Shown here: one piece after another, positions 28,205-37,914 of the stretch
Layout of the letters: each line of letters begins with the position of its first letter
Numbering within the stretch: the first letter of the stretch is position 1
From: Thermoproteota archaeon
Lineage (GTDB): Archaea; Thermoproteota; Thermoprotei; Thermofilales; B9-G17
DNA: 64,000 nucleotides
Direction of reading: 5' to 3'
Assembly: GCA_029258885.1 (NCBI GenBank)
Contig: JAPDJW010000002.1
Coordinates: forward strand, 544,001-608,000
Program-made: the position numbers and the translations under genes
The notes under the pieces: generated by a model
The model's input: only the letters and a program-made list of their open reading frames with translations
Told to the model about the DNA's origin: nothing
Database searches by the model: none

Positions 28205-29575
28205 TTAACCGCTTACTAGATCATCGATACTGAAGGCTAGGTAGCCACTCTTCAACAGCCTTTCCTTATCCTCTATCCTCCTAGCTATTAGTCCGTAGTA
28301 CTTTACTGGATAGCCGAGATATTTCCCCTTATCTTCCAGCTCGAATAGAATCCTTTCAGCCTCATTTAATCCGATGTCCCTCCACTTAACCTCCATTAAA
28401 ATGGCTTTTCTTCCACTTCTATCTACAGCTACTACGTCTATCTCCACGCCCTTTCTCCACCATCCCCCAACTCTGTATGGCTTAAACGGCAAGCTAAGCC
28501 TCCATACCTGCTGGCGTGCTATATCCTGGAACACGAGCCCCATGTACGTGTTAAAGTCCTCCCTGACCTTCTCTAACACCTCCCCTCTTTCTCCGAGCTC
28601 CAGCATACTCCTATTCGGAAACACGTACCTGAACCAGAACCTGAAGAAGTTATCCTTAATCCTATAGACTGCCCTGCCTCCACCAATCGGTTCATCTCTA
28701 GCCACCAGATCCAAGTCTCTAATCAGCACGTTTAGGTAGTAGCTTAGCGAGGTCTTGGATGCTCCTAGGCTACCCGCTATCTCACTAAACGTGGATTTAC
28801 CTGATGCCAGAAGTCTAAGGATTTCAAAATACGTTACATGCTCCCTAAGCTCGGTCTTCAACAGTAACTCTGGTTCTAGATACAGCGGAGACCTGTAGTC
28901 GAAGATGAGCCTCTCGGCCTCCCTAAGCCAGTCTCCTGAACTAAGCATTGAGAGGTAATAGGGGGTCCCACCGAATACCCCATATATGGCGACAGCATTC
29001 ACGGGGCTTACTCCTAAACGCATGGCTAGGTAGCGGTAGGTGGCTTGGAAATCGAAGGGCTTTATCTTCAGGAATCCCGTAGCCCTCCCATATAGCGGCT
29101 GACCGTAGTTGTAGATTCTTTCCATCATGCCTATTGAGGAGCCAGTACATATAAGCATCAGCTGGCAACCGTGTGCCTCCTCATCTATAATCCTCTGAAG
29201 GATCGAGAGAGCGCCCCTATCTATCTCAAGCAGCCTCTGGAATTCATCGAAAACAACTATATGCTTCTCCCTACGCGATAGCCTAAATATGCCTCTAAAT
29301 ATCTCATCCCACGTGGGATTAAAGCTGAGCCTTAGGTTAAACCTGCGGTAGAGCTCCTCAGCTAACTTCCCCCTAAGGCTCTGAGGAGACATCTCGGAGA
29401 CATAGAAGTAGAGGCTCCTCTCCTTGTCCTCGAGGAACTTCCTGACGAGGAACGTCTTCCCTACTCTTCTTCTGCCATATATAACTATAAAGCTGAATTT
29501 TTCCTTACGATAGTTCTCCTCAAGGTATTCTAGCTCATCGCTTCTATCAAAAAATTGTTCAACCATATTAATCAT
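28205..29575 (-). CDS. Archaeal AAA ATPase with wHTH and C-terminal DUF234/PD-(D/E)xK domain
   Basis: FFDRSDEL, YGRRRVGKT, VFDEFQ, GGTPYYL, DNFFRFWF, EIDVVA...EVKW. Confidence 0.9.
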   Translation of the reverse strand: MINMVEQFFDRSDELEYLEENYRKEKFSFIVIYGRRRVGKTFLVRKFLEDKERSLYFYVSEMSPQSLRGKLAEELYRRFNLRLSFNPTWDEIFRGIFRLSRREKHIVVFDEFQRLLEIDRGALSILQRIIDEEAHGCQLMLICTGSSIGMMERIYNYGQPLYGRATGFLKIKPFDFQATYRYLAMRLGVSPVNAVAIYGVFGGTPYYLSMLSSGDWLREAERLIFDYRSPLYLEPELLLKTELREHVTYFEILRLLASGKSTFSEIAGSLGASKTSLSYYLNVLIRDLDLVARDEPIGGGRAVYRIKDNFFRFWFRYVFPNRSMLELGERGEVLEKVREDFNTYMGLVFQDIARQQVWRLSLPFKPYRVGGWWRKGVEIDVVAVDRSGRKAILMEVKWRDIGLNEAERILFELEDKGKYLGYPVKYYGLIARRIEDKERLLKSGYLAFSIDDLVSG

Positions 29576-29728
29576 TAATTAATTAATCATTAATATATTA
29601 ATTTCTTCCCAGCGCCTCCTCCACCGCACGCACCTTATCCACATACTCCTTAACCCTTTCCATAATTCCTCTATCAACAATATCGAGGCTTATAGGTTAT
29701 ATCAGTATAACTTTATATACTAATTATA

Positions 29729-30157
29729 TTGTTTATACTATGTGGTATAATGGGGAAGCTTGTCGCCATAAAGGGTATCGATAGGGATCTATATAAGAAA
29801 ATTAAGGCTATAGCTTCGCTCGAGGAGAGGACGATAGGTTCCATAGTTAATGAAGCTCTTAGGCTATGGCTTCTACTTAGGAGCGATAGAAAATATAGTC
29901 GTTGGCTTAAAATCGAGGAGGCGTACAGGAAGAACTACAGGCTTCTTGTTAAAAAATATAGTGAGCTATGTGAAAGATATAAGGGCAAGTATTTAGCGAT
30001 ATGTAATGCTAAATTTCTAGGAGTATTCGATAGTTTTGAGGAGGCTGCATCAAGTGTTCACAGGAATTGCTCTAGCCATGCCTTCATTATAAGGATAGGT
30101 GAGGATATAAGGGAGAGGGAGGAGATCGAGCTAGGTTTTCCGGTGGAGTTTATATGA
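29729..30157 (+). CDS. RHH/CopG plus DUF5678-like putative antitoxin
   Basis: AIKGIDRDLYKKIKAIA...IGSIVNEAL RHH; YKGKYLAI...LGVFDSFEEA. Confidence 0.65.
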   Translation: MFILCGIMGKLVAIKGIDRDLYKKIKAIASLEERTIGSIVNEALRLWLLLRSDRKYSRWLKIEEAYRKNYRLLVKKYSELCERYKGKYLAICNAKFLGVFDSFEEAASSVHRNCSSHAFIIRIGEDIREREEIELGFPVEFI

Positions 30158-30543
30158 GGGCTTACTTTTCAAATATTATAAAACCTAAGGCTCCGATAGT
30201 TACTGCTACCTTATATAATCCTTTATTAAGTAAGAAGGCTACTGTGGATTTCATGGTTGATACTGGGTTTGCTGGAGGAGTACTTATCTCTCTAGATATT
30301 TATACAGAGTTAGACCTGCACCTTTTCGAGACGGTGAAGAAAATGGGTAGGGTTGTAACTGGAATGACATTTGAGCTTAGAGCTTCTAGGGCTATTCTAG
30401 AATTTAATGGAGTTAAGATACCCTGTATGGCATATACTTCTCTAGGAGTTTCTAGAAATCTCTTAGGCCGTGAAGTACTCGAAAAATTAAAAATGACATA
30501 TATTCCGAAACAAAATGTACTGAACCTAGATTTTGATCCCTAA
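30154..30543 (+). CDS. Clan AA (retropepsin-like) aspartic protease
   Basis: FMVDTGFAGG and NLLGRE motifs; overlaps the upstream gene by 4 nt. Confidence 0.85.
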   Translation: MRAYFSNIIKPKAPIVTATLYNPLLSKKATVDFMVDTGFAGGVLISLDIYTELDLHLFETVKKMGRVVTGMTFELRASRAILEFNGVKIPCMAYTSLGVSRNLLGREVLEKLKMTYIPKQNVLNLDFDP

Positions 30544-30696
30544 TATGGACTTTCCTTATTCTTAGAGAATCTCATAGCGAAAAGGTATTCCTTTCTTCTC
30601 TCATCATACACGACTATAAACTAGATTTATCCCTATGATACGTTCTCCTTAAGGTATCCTGGTTCCTCACTTCTATCGAAGAATAGTTCAACCATG

Positions 30697-31765
30697 CTAG
30701 TCATTAATTTTTCTCAGCACATTCTCCACCGCATGTACCTTATTCACATACTTCTTAATCTTCTCCATAATTCCTCTATTGGGCGAGGATACGACTATCT
30801 TTTCCTCGATCCACTTCTCCATAGTCTTCCCAGGATATATTCCCCTGACTTCAACCCACCTTAATCCAGAATACAGTTTAAGAGTGATGTAGTATGTTGA
30901 GAGGGTGTAGATAAGCTTAACTAAATTTCTGTAGGTTAACTTTATGTCTATTTCATGGGGCGTCTTAAGGAATAAGCTCCTCAAACCAACGGCTGAAGTA
31001 TATGCTCTCATTCTATCATCGGAAGTCAACACCACAACTTCAACGCCGTTTTCACGCATAAAGTCCCTGTAGGATTTAGCTATAACTCTATCGCCTATTC
31101 CTTCACAACTACATTCGTAGGTCATATAATTGCTTTTAACGTATTCAAGTTCAGCTAGCGCTATAAGAGCTTTCCTAGCAGCTAGGCTTAATATTCCATC
31201 ATACACATACCTTGTAGTACCTAACCCCCTGAACGATAGCCCCCGCCTAAGCTCAGATAAATCCCTAACCCTAAGGTTTGCTTTCCTAGCTATCTCCCTC
31301 TTAACGCATTCCGACACTGCAAACGTTAGCCTATAAGGGATATCATTAAGAAAGTTGCTTACGATTCTATAGAAGAGGACGTTAGTATCCACGGCCAGAA
31401 CAATGGGTCTAGGATACTCTATCGGATTCTCAGCTCTAAGCCTATACTCCCGAAGTATTCTCTCCCTCACATCCTCGATGTTAGGCGGCTTAACGACGCC
31501 AGACGATAACAGCGCATCTCTAAAGTCGTCGTAGCCGGGTACCTCACGGTCAAATACCTCGCTCTTCCTTATTCTAAGCCTTACAGTATTTAAACCCATA
31601 AAAGTATTCGGCCTTACCGACAACCCTAGCCGAGCTTAGGTCACCGTAGTTAAATTCCACTAGATTCAGGTCGAAGAGGGGTGCCTTAACCATTATCTTT
31701 CCATTTGGATCTGTAATAGCATTTAATACCGTAATCAGAAACCTGCTTTCAATCTCTATTTCCAA
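30697..31765 (-). CDS. PIN-domain protein split by a frameshift (track ORFs 31574-31765 and 30697-31623)
   Basis: LAVDTNVL, GDRVI, LTSDD acidic motifs; the upstream 63-aa ORF overlaps in another frame and reads as the N-terminus. Confidence 0.7.
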
Positions 31766-32204
31766 GTAAAACCACCTGTCTAATACATGGCTTGGGTATC
31801 AGAGGATACAATATACCTTCAAAGCTCCTATCCTTAAGCTGAAGGTAAACTACCTTATTGGCCTTACATTTCTGGGCGGCCACGTACAGCCCAATACTCA
31901 TAGTCTTCCTACCGGGCGTAACATCCACTAAAATATCAAACCCTGCATCCTTATACTCAACTAATTTATGGGAGACGGATTTCACGATATTATCGACGCT
32001 AGCTTCATCGACCACAATATAGTCTACATGCACGTTTGGAAAAAGAGTCCTCAGCGCTCTGGAGATAGAGTCCTTGAAAGCATAGGTTCTACCGCTAAAT
32101 ACCAAGCAGATCCTAGCAGGTACACCATATTTCTCAGCAGAAATCCATACACAACTTAAAACAGCTTCAACAGTTAAACCCACGGAAATAACATACATAT
32201 ACAT
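31749..32204 (-). CDS. Stand-alone CARF domain protein
   Basis: YVISVGLTVEAV, LVDVTPGRKTMS, YLQLKD; 151 aa, no fused effector. Confidence 0.8.
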   Translation of the reverse strand: MYMYVISVGLTVEAVLSCVWISAEKYGVPARICLVFSGRTYAFKDSISRALRTLFPNVHVDYIVVDEASVDNIVKSVSHKLVEYKDAGFDILVDVTPGRKTMSIGLYVAAQKCKANKVVYLQLKDRSFEGILYPLIPKPCIRQVVLLGNRD

Positions 32205-32258
32205 GATGATTCAATAAATCATTAAAATAATTATTAACTTATCGAGTATATTCCAATC

Positions 32259-33506
32259 TTATTCTAAGGGAACACGCTTTATATCCAGGTGGTAAGCTAT
32301 AGCTCCTAGAAGACCCCTATAGTCGCCGGCAATTATTACGTGATGATTACCTAGCGCTAAGTCCAGCAGATTACTTAACTTAGTCTTATGAAGTCTCGCG
32401 AAAACCTGCGTTCTGCATTGATTAGCATCTAGTTTAACGGGAGCGTTAACATCAGCACAATCTATGTATATCTCCCTTAAATCAATGCTCAGCCTCGAAA
32501 TAGTCGCTCGAGTAGCTTGAAACAGGCCACTAATTGAATAAGGTTTTCCAGACTCGAAGTGTTCCACTAAACTGTAGCTATTACACAGTAACGTAGGTAC
32601 AGTACAATGGGCTAACAGAATCCTCTCGTTATACAACGATGCCAGGTTCGCCATCCAGCCCGGCTTACCAGAGATCTTTTGAGCAATAATTAGTAGCACT
32701 AGGCTATATAGGTCTGCCTCACAAGCCGCTGGTATCCCCTCATCTAAAAGCCATGCTACCGGTAGACATGGTGTATATCCGTGCTTCTGAATAAAATTAA
32801 AGCATTCTATGGCTGAAGCACTACAGGAATTCTTCTCAAGTATCCTCCTTAAAGCTAGATAAAGCTTAGATATCTTAACTAAAACCTTCTCATTAGGCCC
32901 AGCTGCCTTCTCTCCGAGCTTTTTCCTTAAGTTTTCTAGTGCCTCATCATCTGATATAGTCTCAACTTCCTTCAGCAGCACCTCTTCGGGTATGGGAATA
33001 ATTACGAACCCGAACTTACGTGATAACATTCTAGCGTACTCCGGCACCTCGGATAGGTTTACTAGCGCTATCCTAGCCCCAGAAAGCTCACGTATAATTT
33101 TCAGAGCCCTAAGATGTAATCCAAGAGTCGAATCTATTCCCGAAGGGCTATGTGAAAACAATATCTTAGCTCTCTTACCAGCATTTCTCAACCTATTATA
33201 GGATGACAACGCTGAAGGTAAGCTATTATGCTCTCCGTGAGCCACAATTAGTAAGGGATTCGGATTTCTCGAAGCTATTTCCGTAGCAAGCCTCGAAGTC
33301 CCGCCCGTCAACGTTAAAATTATCAGATGCACATTGCTCCTCGAAGCTTCCTCCATAACTTCCTCAGCTTCACTCAGCGAAGTTATCAGCCTTTCATACG
33401 GCTTAACATTATACTTGGAGAAAACTTTAGCGTACTGACCTAGTATCTTAAGACAATACTTTTCGCCATGTATCTTGGATGCCAGAGGTATTATCAGTAT
33501 CCTCAT
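32259..33506 (-). CDS. L-fucose isomerase-like family protein
   Basis: ACEADL, LAHCTVP, HFESG, CRTQV, LGNHHV. Confidence 0.75.
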   Translation of the reverse strand: MRILIIPLASKIHGEKYCLKILGQYAKVFSKYNVKPYERLITSLSEAEEVMEEASRSNVHLIILTLTGGTSRLATEIASRNPNPLLIVAHGEHNSLPSALSSYNRLRNAGKRAKILFSHSPSGIDSTLGLHLRALKIIRELSGARIALVNLSEVPEYARMLSRKFGFVIIPIPEEVLLKEVETISDDEALENLRKKLGEKAAGPNEKVLVKISKLYLALRRILEKNSCSASAIECFNFIQKHGYTPCLPVAWLLDEGIPAACEADLYSLVLLIIAQKISGKPGWMANLASLYNERILLAHCTVPTLLCNSYSLVEHFESGKPYSISGLFQATRATISRLSIDLREIYIDCADVNAPVKLDANQCRTQVFARLHKTKLSNLLDLALGNHHVIIAGDYRGLLGAIAYHLDIKRVPLE

Positions 33507-33824
33507 ACTTCTATAAATTAAGAGGGAGAATGTATAAATATTACCGATAGGTTCTTAATAGCTTCCCAGTTAGGTACTCAGGGGCAGCATTAATAGTCAT
33601 GTATTCTCCCGTTTCTCTACGGAATACAGCTGAAAGCTCTATTTCAAAGACGAGGGATTTTCTCTGTCCTCCCTTCAGATATCCTATTGCTATTTTCTGG
33701 CCTTTCTATTTGGGTGTATATAGCGACGATAGGTGAGCTGAGTGTACATGATATACAAGTTAGCCGATAACTGTCCGGTTAGGAACTGTTTTCAATATAA
33801 TTATATATCAGGCTCTGGATAATA

Positions 33825-34163
33825 TTGGTGATGCGTAATTTAGATGTCGTTACGGTTGGAGTATTATTTATCTCTCTATCCTTGTCAATTGCTTTGGCTG
33901 CCGCTGGAGCTATAAGCTGGCTTATTGTACTTCCACTTATAATATCAATTATGGGAGTATACGGGGTGGCTGTAAGTCTAATAGTGTTCGGCGGCTCGAT
34001 ATATCATTTAGGATGGTCTGCCGTGGTGCTGATCCTTGGTGTATTGTGGATATGCAATATTCTATACCCTGAGCTAACCCTCTACTTGTTTGCTCTACTT
34101 ATCGGATTCGTAGGCGTTCTAATAATTATCTCGGCTCTAAAAGAAGAGAAAAAGACTAAATGA
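33825..34163 (+). CDS. Small 4-TM membrane protein
   Basis: Four hydrophobic segments and a basic tail. Confidence 0.7.
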   Translation: MVMRNLDVVTVGVLFISLSLSIALAAAGAISWLIVLPLIISIMGVYGVAVSLIVFGGSIYHLGWSAVVLILGVLWICNILYPELTLYLFALLIGFVGVLIIISALKEEKKTK

Positions 34164-34184
34164 ATGTCGGTCTAAAAGTAACGT

Positions 34185-34712
34185 ATGGAGAGATATATAG
34201 CTATAGCCAGAGCTAGAGTGGATTCGCTCGATGAAGCGAGGAGTAGGATAGAGAGTATAGGCGCCAGCTACATAGGAAGTATTCGCTTAACCGAGTTGTA
34301 CTATAAGACTAGCATCGGCAGGCTGGTGGTCAGAGAAATTGAGGGCGAGGATACGCTGAAGCTGATATATTATGCTAAGAGGATGAGCGGTATTGTCACG
34401 ATATTCCGGGTATACGTGGTGTATACGCGTGAGAGGGGCGAGCTAAAGAAGATCCTAAAGGATGTTCTAGGCACAGATGCTGTGGTCAATATATCTAGGG
34501 ACATCTACTATCTGAACCAGGTTGAAATACATTTGGACAATGTAAGTAAGCTAGGTGCTTTCATTGGGCTTAAGAGGATGTTTGGATTCAAGAGGGGGGA
34601 GAAGAGGAGGAATATTAGGCTCATAAAGGATCTCCTAGAAAAGCTTAATATTAATCCAGGCGACTTAGTAGATGCGTTGTACGGCGACCTATTGGAGGTC
34701 GGGAGAGGATAA
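34185..34712 (+). CDS. CYTH-domain protein (CyaB-like)
   Basis: LKLIYYAK, RDIYYL, VEIHLDNVSKLGAFI pattern; N-terminal ExExK poorly conserved. Confidence 0.7.
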   Translation: MERYIAIARARVDSLDEARSRIESIGASYIGSIRLTELYYKTSIGRLVVREIEGEDTLKLIYYAKRMSGIVTIFRVYVVYTRERGELKKILKDVLGTDAVVNISRDIYYLNQVEIHLDNVSKLGAFIGLKRMFGFKRGEKRRNIRLIKDLLEKLNINPGDLVDALYGDLLEVGRG

Positions 34713-34714
34713 TA

Positions 34715-35509
34715 TTGACGGACTACCTATTCTATCTGCTTTTAGGTATTATACAGGGCGTTCTCGAGTGGATTCCGGTTAGCAGCGAGGGATTTTTAAC
34801 GCTAATATTAACCAATATCATGCACGTCGACTTCTCTAAGGCAGTTGAGCTATCCTTGCTCCTACACTTAGGCACGCTATTTTCTGCGCTACTGTATTTT
34901 AGGAATGACGTTATCAAAGTAGCTAGATGTTTTCTAACCGGCAATTTCCTAAGGGATGGACTGAGCAGATTCCTTTTCTTCGCCACATCTTCAACTGTAT
35001 TAGCTGGCCTACCACTCTACATGGCGGTAGGTTCGATAAATTTAGCCAGCCTCTCTATCATAAACCTAGCTATAGGTATCCTGCTCATAATTACGGGTCT
35101 TATCCAGTCAATAGCTAATAAGATCGATGGAGGGAGCAAGGCAGTTGATGAGGTAAGTACTAGGGATTCAATTATAATTGGTCTGCTTCAATCCCTATCG
35201 GTTTTGCCGGGCATAAGTAGATCCGGTATAACAATAGCATCACTGCTAATGCTGGGCTACAAGGTATTTGACTCCCTTAAGATGAGCTACATGCTCGGTA
35301 TAATTACTACGATCCTATTGGAGGCGTGGATCATAATCCATAGAAGCATAATATATAATCCAGCCTACGTAGTGTCGACTGCTGTATCTTTCATAGTGGG
35401 ATACCTTACGATAGACGTTATTCTAAGGCTGGCATTAAGGGTGAGGTTCTGGATTATATGTGTGATATTCGGAGTAATGCTCGTGATATCTGGAATTAGT
35501 AACATTTAA
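34715..35509 (+). CDS. uppP: Undecaprenyl-diphosphate phosphatase (BacA family)
   Basis: GIIQGVLEWIPVSSEG, LHLGT, LPGISRSGITI. Confidence 0.88.
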   Translation: MTDYLFYLLLGIIQGVLEWIPVSSEGFLTLILTNIMHVDFSKAVELSLLLHLGTLFSALLYFRNDVIKVARCFLTGNFLRDGLSRFLFFATSSTVLAGLPLYMAVGSINLASLSIINLAIGILLIITGLIQSIANKIDGGSKAVDEVSTRDSIIIGLLQSLSVLPGISRSGITIASLLMLGYKVFDSLKMSYMLGIITTILLEAWIIIHRSIIYNPAYVVSTAVSFIVGYLTIDVILRLALRVRFWIICVIFGVMLVISGISNI

Positions 35510-35536
35510 TTAAGTTAGCGCCCTATAATAGGGAGG

Positions 35537-36553
35537 ATGCTGAAAACATATACCGTCTACGCTAACTTCGTTAAGAAGTATGCTCCATTTAGAGGATTTA
35601 CTGGCCTAACCGTGAGGGGAGCCTTCGGAGCAGCGCTTAGGGAGATAGTATGTATAAACCCTGAAGCCGAGAAATGCTTCCTATGTGAACATTATCAGCG
35701 GTGCTTCTACGCAAGGGTCTTTGAGGCATCCTCAAGAATCAAACCCGATGCATGTATTGCTAAACGCGGAGGATTATCCGGGATAACTAAGCCGTATACT
35801 GTGTCTCCACTACATCTACGTGGCAGAAACCTAAGCTTCAAAATAAACGTATTCGGCGAGGAGGTTATTTCAAATGAGCCTATAATAGTAATGGCTATAC
35901 TAGGCATGGCTATCCACGGCCTTGGAAGGGATCCAATATTAAATGAGAGGAGGAGGTTTGTAGTCCACAGAATCTCTGCCTCGCCTCCCGAGGCCAATCC
36001 GTACGATATCTTCACCTATAGCGATGGATACATATACGTTAAGCAACACACCTACCAAAGGAATATACTTGAATATTTCATTAAAAAGGCCTATAGGATA
36101 GCTGGCGATAAGCCGTCATCGCTAATATTATCGTTCATAACCCCCACGAGAATAACGTATGAGGGGAAAGCCGACTTTAGTATGCCGATGGAGGCCATAA
36201 TCATCCATCTGGCAAGAAAGTACAGTCTCCTATCGGAGTACTTCAACGTCGGGGAACCCTTTACTTCCGAGGAGGCTGAGGCCCTAAAAAAGCTCGTATC
36301 AGCCAATATAAGCCTAAGGAAGAGTAACTTTAAAATAGTTAAACTGCACAGATACAGCATTAAACAGGGTAGGAGACAGCCGTTGGGTCTATTCGTAGTA
36401 GGAGACTACGTATATAAAGTAAAAAAGTCCTTCTGGAAGCATCCCTACTCAACGCTTATAGTCCAGCTACTACTTCTAGGACAATATACCCATGTCGGGA
36501 CGTTTGCCTCCGCTGGATGCGGGGAATACAAAATCTACTGGCATATAAAGTAA
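35537..36553 (+). CDS. cas6: CRISPR precursor-processing endoribonuclease Cas6
   Basis: GLTVRGAFG, CFYARVFE, FITPTRI and Gly-rich loop HVGTFASAGCGEY. Confidence 0.85.
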   Translation: MLKTYTVYANFVKKYAPFRGFTGLTVRGAFGAALREIVCINPEAEKCFLCEHYQRCFYARVFEASSRIKPDACIAKRGGLSGITKPYTVSPLHLRGRNLSFKINVFGEEVISNEPIIVMAILGMAIHGLGRDPILNERRRFVVHRISASPPEANPYDIFTYSDGYIYVKQHTYQRNILEYFIKKAYRIAGDKPSSLILSFITPTRITYEGKADFSMPMEAIIIHLARKYSLLSEYFNVGEPFTSEEAEALKKLVSANISLRKSNFKIVKLHRYSIKQGRRQPLGLFVVGDYVYKVKKSFWKHPYSTLIVQLLLLGQYTHVGTFASAGCGEYKIYWHIK

Positions 36554-36598
36554 TTATAATATATTGATTATTTATGGTGGTTAACTTTGTGGAGGTGG

Positions 36599-36682
36599 AT
36601 GAGGAGGCTTAGGTTTAGGTTCAGGTGGAGATGGAGGCGTAGGAGGAGGGGTTTAAAGAGGAGGTTCTCTGTTCAAAAATAG
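36599..36682 (+). CDS. Arg/Trp-rich micro-ORF MRRLRFRFRWRWRRRRRGLKRRFSVQK
   Basis: 27 aa; GGAGGTGG Shine-Dalgarno-like motif directly before the ATG. Confidence 0.45.
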   Translation: MRRLRFRFRWRWRRRRRGLKRRFSVQK

Positions 36683-36747
36683 TTCAGCGAAATATTTCTA
36701 TATTTGATTGTGGTTTTATCTGGAAGAGGTAAGTTGAAGGTGTAGTT

Positions 36748-37914
36748 GTGAATAGGGTCTTCATTAAATTTGCATTTAGAATGGCCTTAAGGAGTATGAG
36801 TATACATAAGGTTAGGACATTACTTACGGTGCTCGCTATAACTTGGAGCGTAGCGACACTTGTAGCGCTGAGAACTGTTGGTGTCGGCATTAGGTCTAAG
36901 GTTGCACAAGATATCAACGACTTCCTTCAGGCGGACATGATTATCATGGAGAACGTGATATCTATTCCCGAACAGGTGGCCTACCACATTTCGGAGATAC
37001 CGCATGTTAAGGATGTTGTAGGCACCATATTCATACCAGTGAGGGTGGGCTATGTGAGGGGCGTAAACCTGGTTGGTGTGCCAGTATCGAAGATGAAGTT
37101 TTTCCACGTTAATCTGGTTGACGGAAGATTGCCTGCAAGCGATGATTCCTATGAGATAGTTATAGATGAGAAGCTGGCTGAATGGTTAGGCATTAAGAAG
37201 CCGGGCATATGGGTAAGTGTTGTCATAAGCTATGGGCCGATATACGTTGAGAGGGAGTTTGAGGTAGTTGGTATAATGGCTAGAACCTCCTTTATATCAG
37301 GCATTATGGGCGCATCATTCGCAATAGCGCCGCTTAAGGTTCTACAGGAGATGACCGATAAGGAGGGCTTTATAAACTACATATTCGTTAAGGTGGATGA
37401 TAGGAAGCTCGTCGATGATGTGGCGAGAAATATTAGGAAGTATTATCCAGGCGCCGGCATAATTAAGCAAACCGACATAATTAGGATTATCCTAAGGGTT
37501 ATGGACATCATCCACGGAATGCTTATGGCTGTAACCCTAATAGGCCTCCTAGTGGCGGCGATAGGTGTAATGAATACCGTAATGATGTCTATAAGAGAGA
37601 GGATCAGGGAGATAGGGATACTTAAAACTATAGGCGCAAGCGGAGTACACGTACTATTAATATTCCTAAGCGAGGTCGTAGTAATGGGTATAGCTGGCGG
37701 AATACTCGGCATAATCTTGGGCTACACGGGTTCGTACTTTCTGAGGGACTTCATAAACATGCTCGGCTTAACATTTAATATCCCTATTCAGCCGGTTCCA
37801 GAATCCTTTATAATGGGCTTCACTATCTCGATTACTGTATCAATTCTCGCCGCGCTATATCCAATATATAAGGCTATTAAGATACGTCCAATAGAGGCGC
37901 TTAAAATTGAGTAG
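36748..37914 (+). CDS. MacB/FtsX-family ABC permease
   Basis: RTLLTVLAI TM1, periplasmic core, ERIREIGILKTIGAS. Confidence 0.9.
   Translation: MNRVFIKFAFRMALRSMSIHKVRTLLTVLAITWSVATLVALRTVGVGIRSKVAQDINDFLQADMIIMENVISIPEQVAYHISEIPHVKDVVGTIFIPVRVGYVRGVNLVGVPVSKMKFFHVNLVDGRLPASDDSYEIVIDEKLAEWLGIKKPGIWVSVVISYGPIYVEREFEVVGIMARTSFISGIMGASFAIAPLKVLQEMTDKEGFINYIFVKVDDRKLVDDVARNIRKYYPGAGIIKQTDIIRIILRVMDIIHGMLMAVTLIGLLVAAIGVMNTVMMSIRERIREIGILKTIGASGVHVLLIFLSEVVVMGIAGGILGIILGYTGSYFLRDFINMLGLTFNIPIQPVPESFIMGFTISITVSILAALYPIYKAIKIRPIEALKIE

Larger units (their letters stand above)
29440..30790. repeat. Diverged direct repeat: copy A ~29440-29690, copy B ~30550-30790
   Basis: Each copy contains a PIN-gene 3' end (GIMERVKEYVDKVRAVEE vs GIMEKIKKYVNKVHAVEN) followed by an ATPase 5' start (MVEQFFDRSDE vs MVELFFDRSEE). 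Confidence 0.8.

Noticed and set aside
31585-31605. GGGTTTA/TTTAAAT as a programmed -1 frameshift site in the PIN gene
   Set aside because: The required shift is +1 and the heptamer is not in the phase of the upstream frame.
33545-33780. Possible gene remnant on the minus strand (KGQKIAIGYLKGGQRKSLVFEIEL...)
   Set aside because: Protein-like but broken by stops and not assignable to a family.
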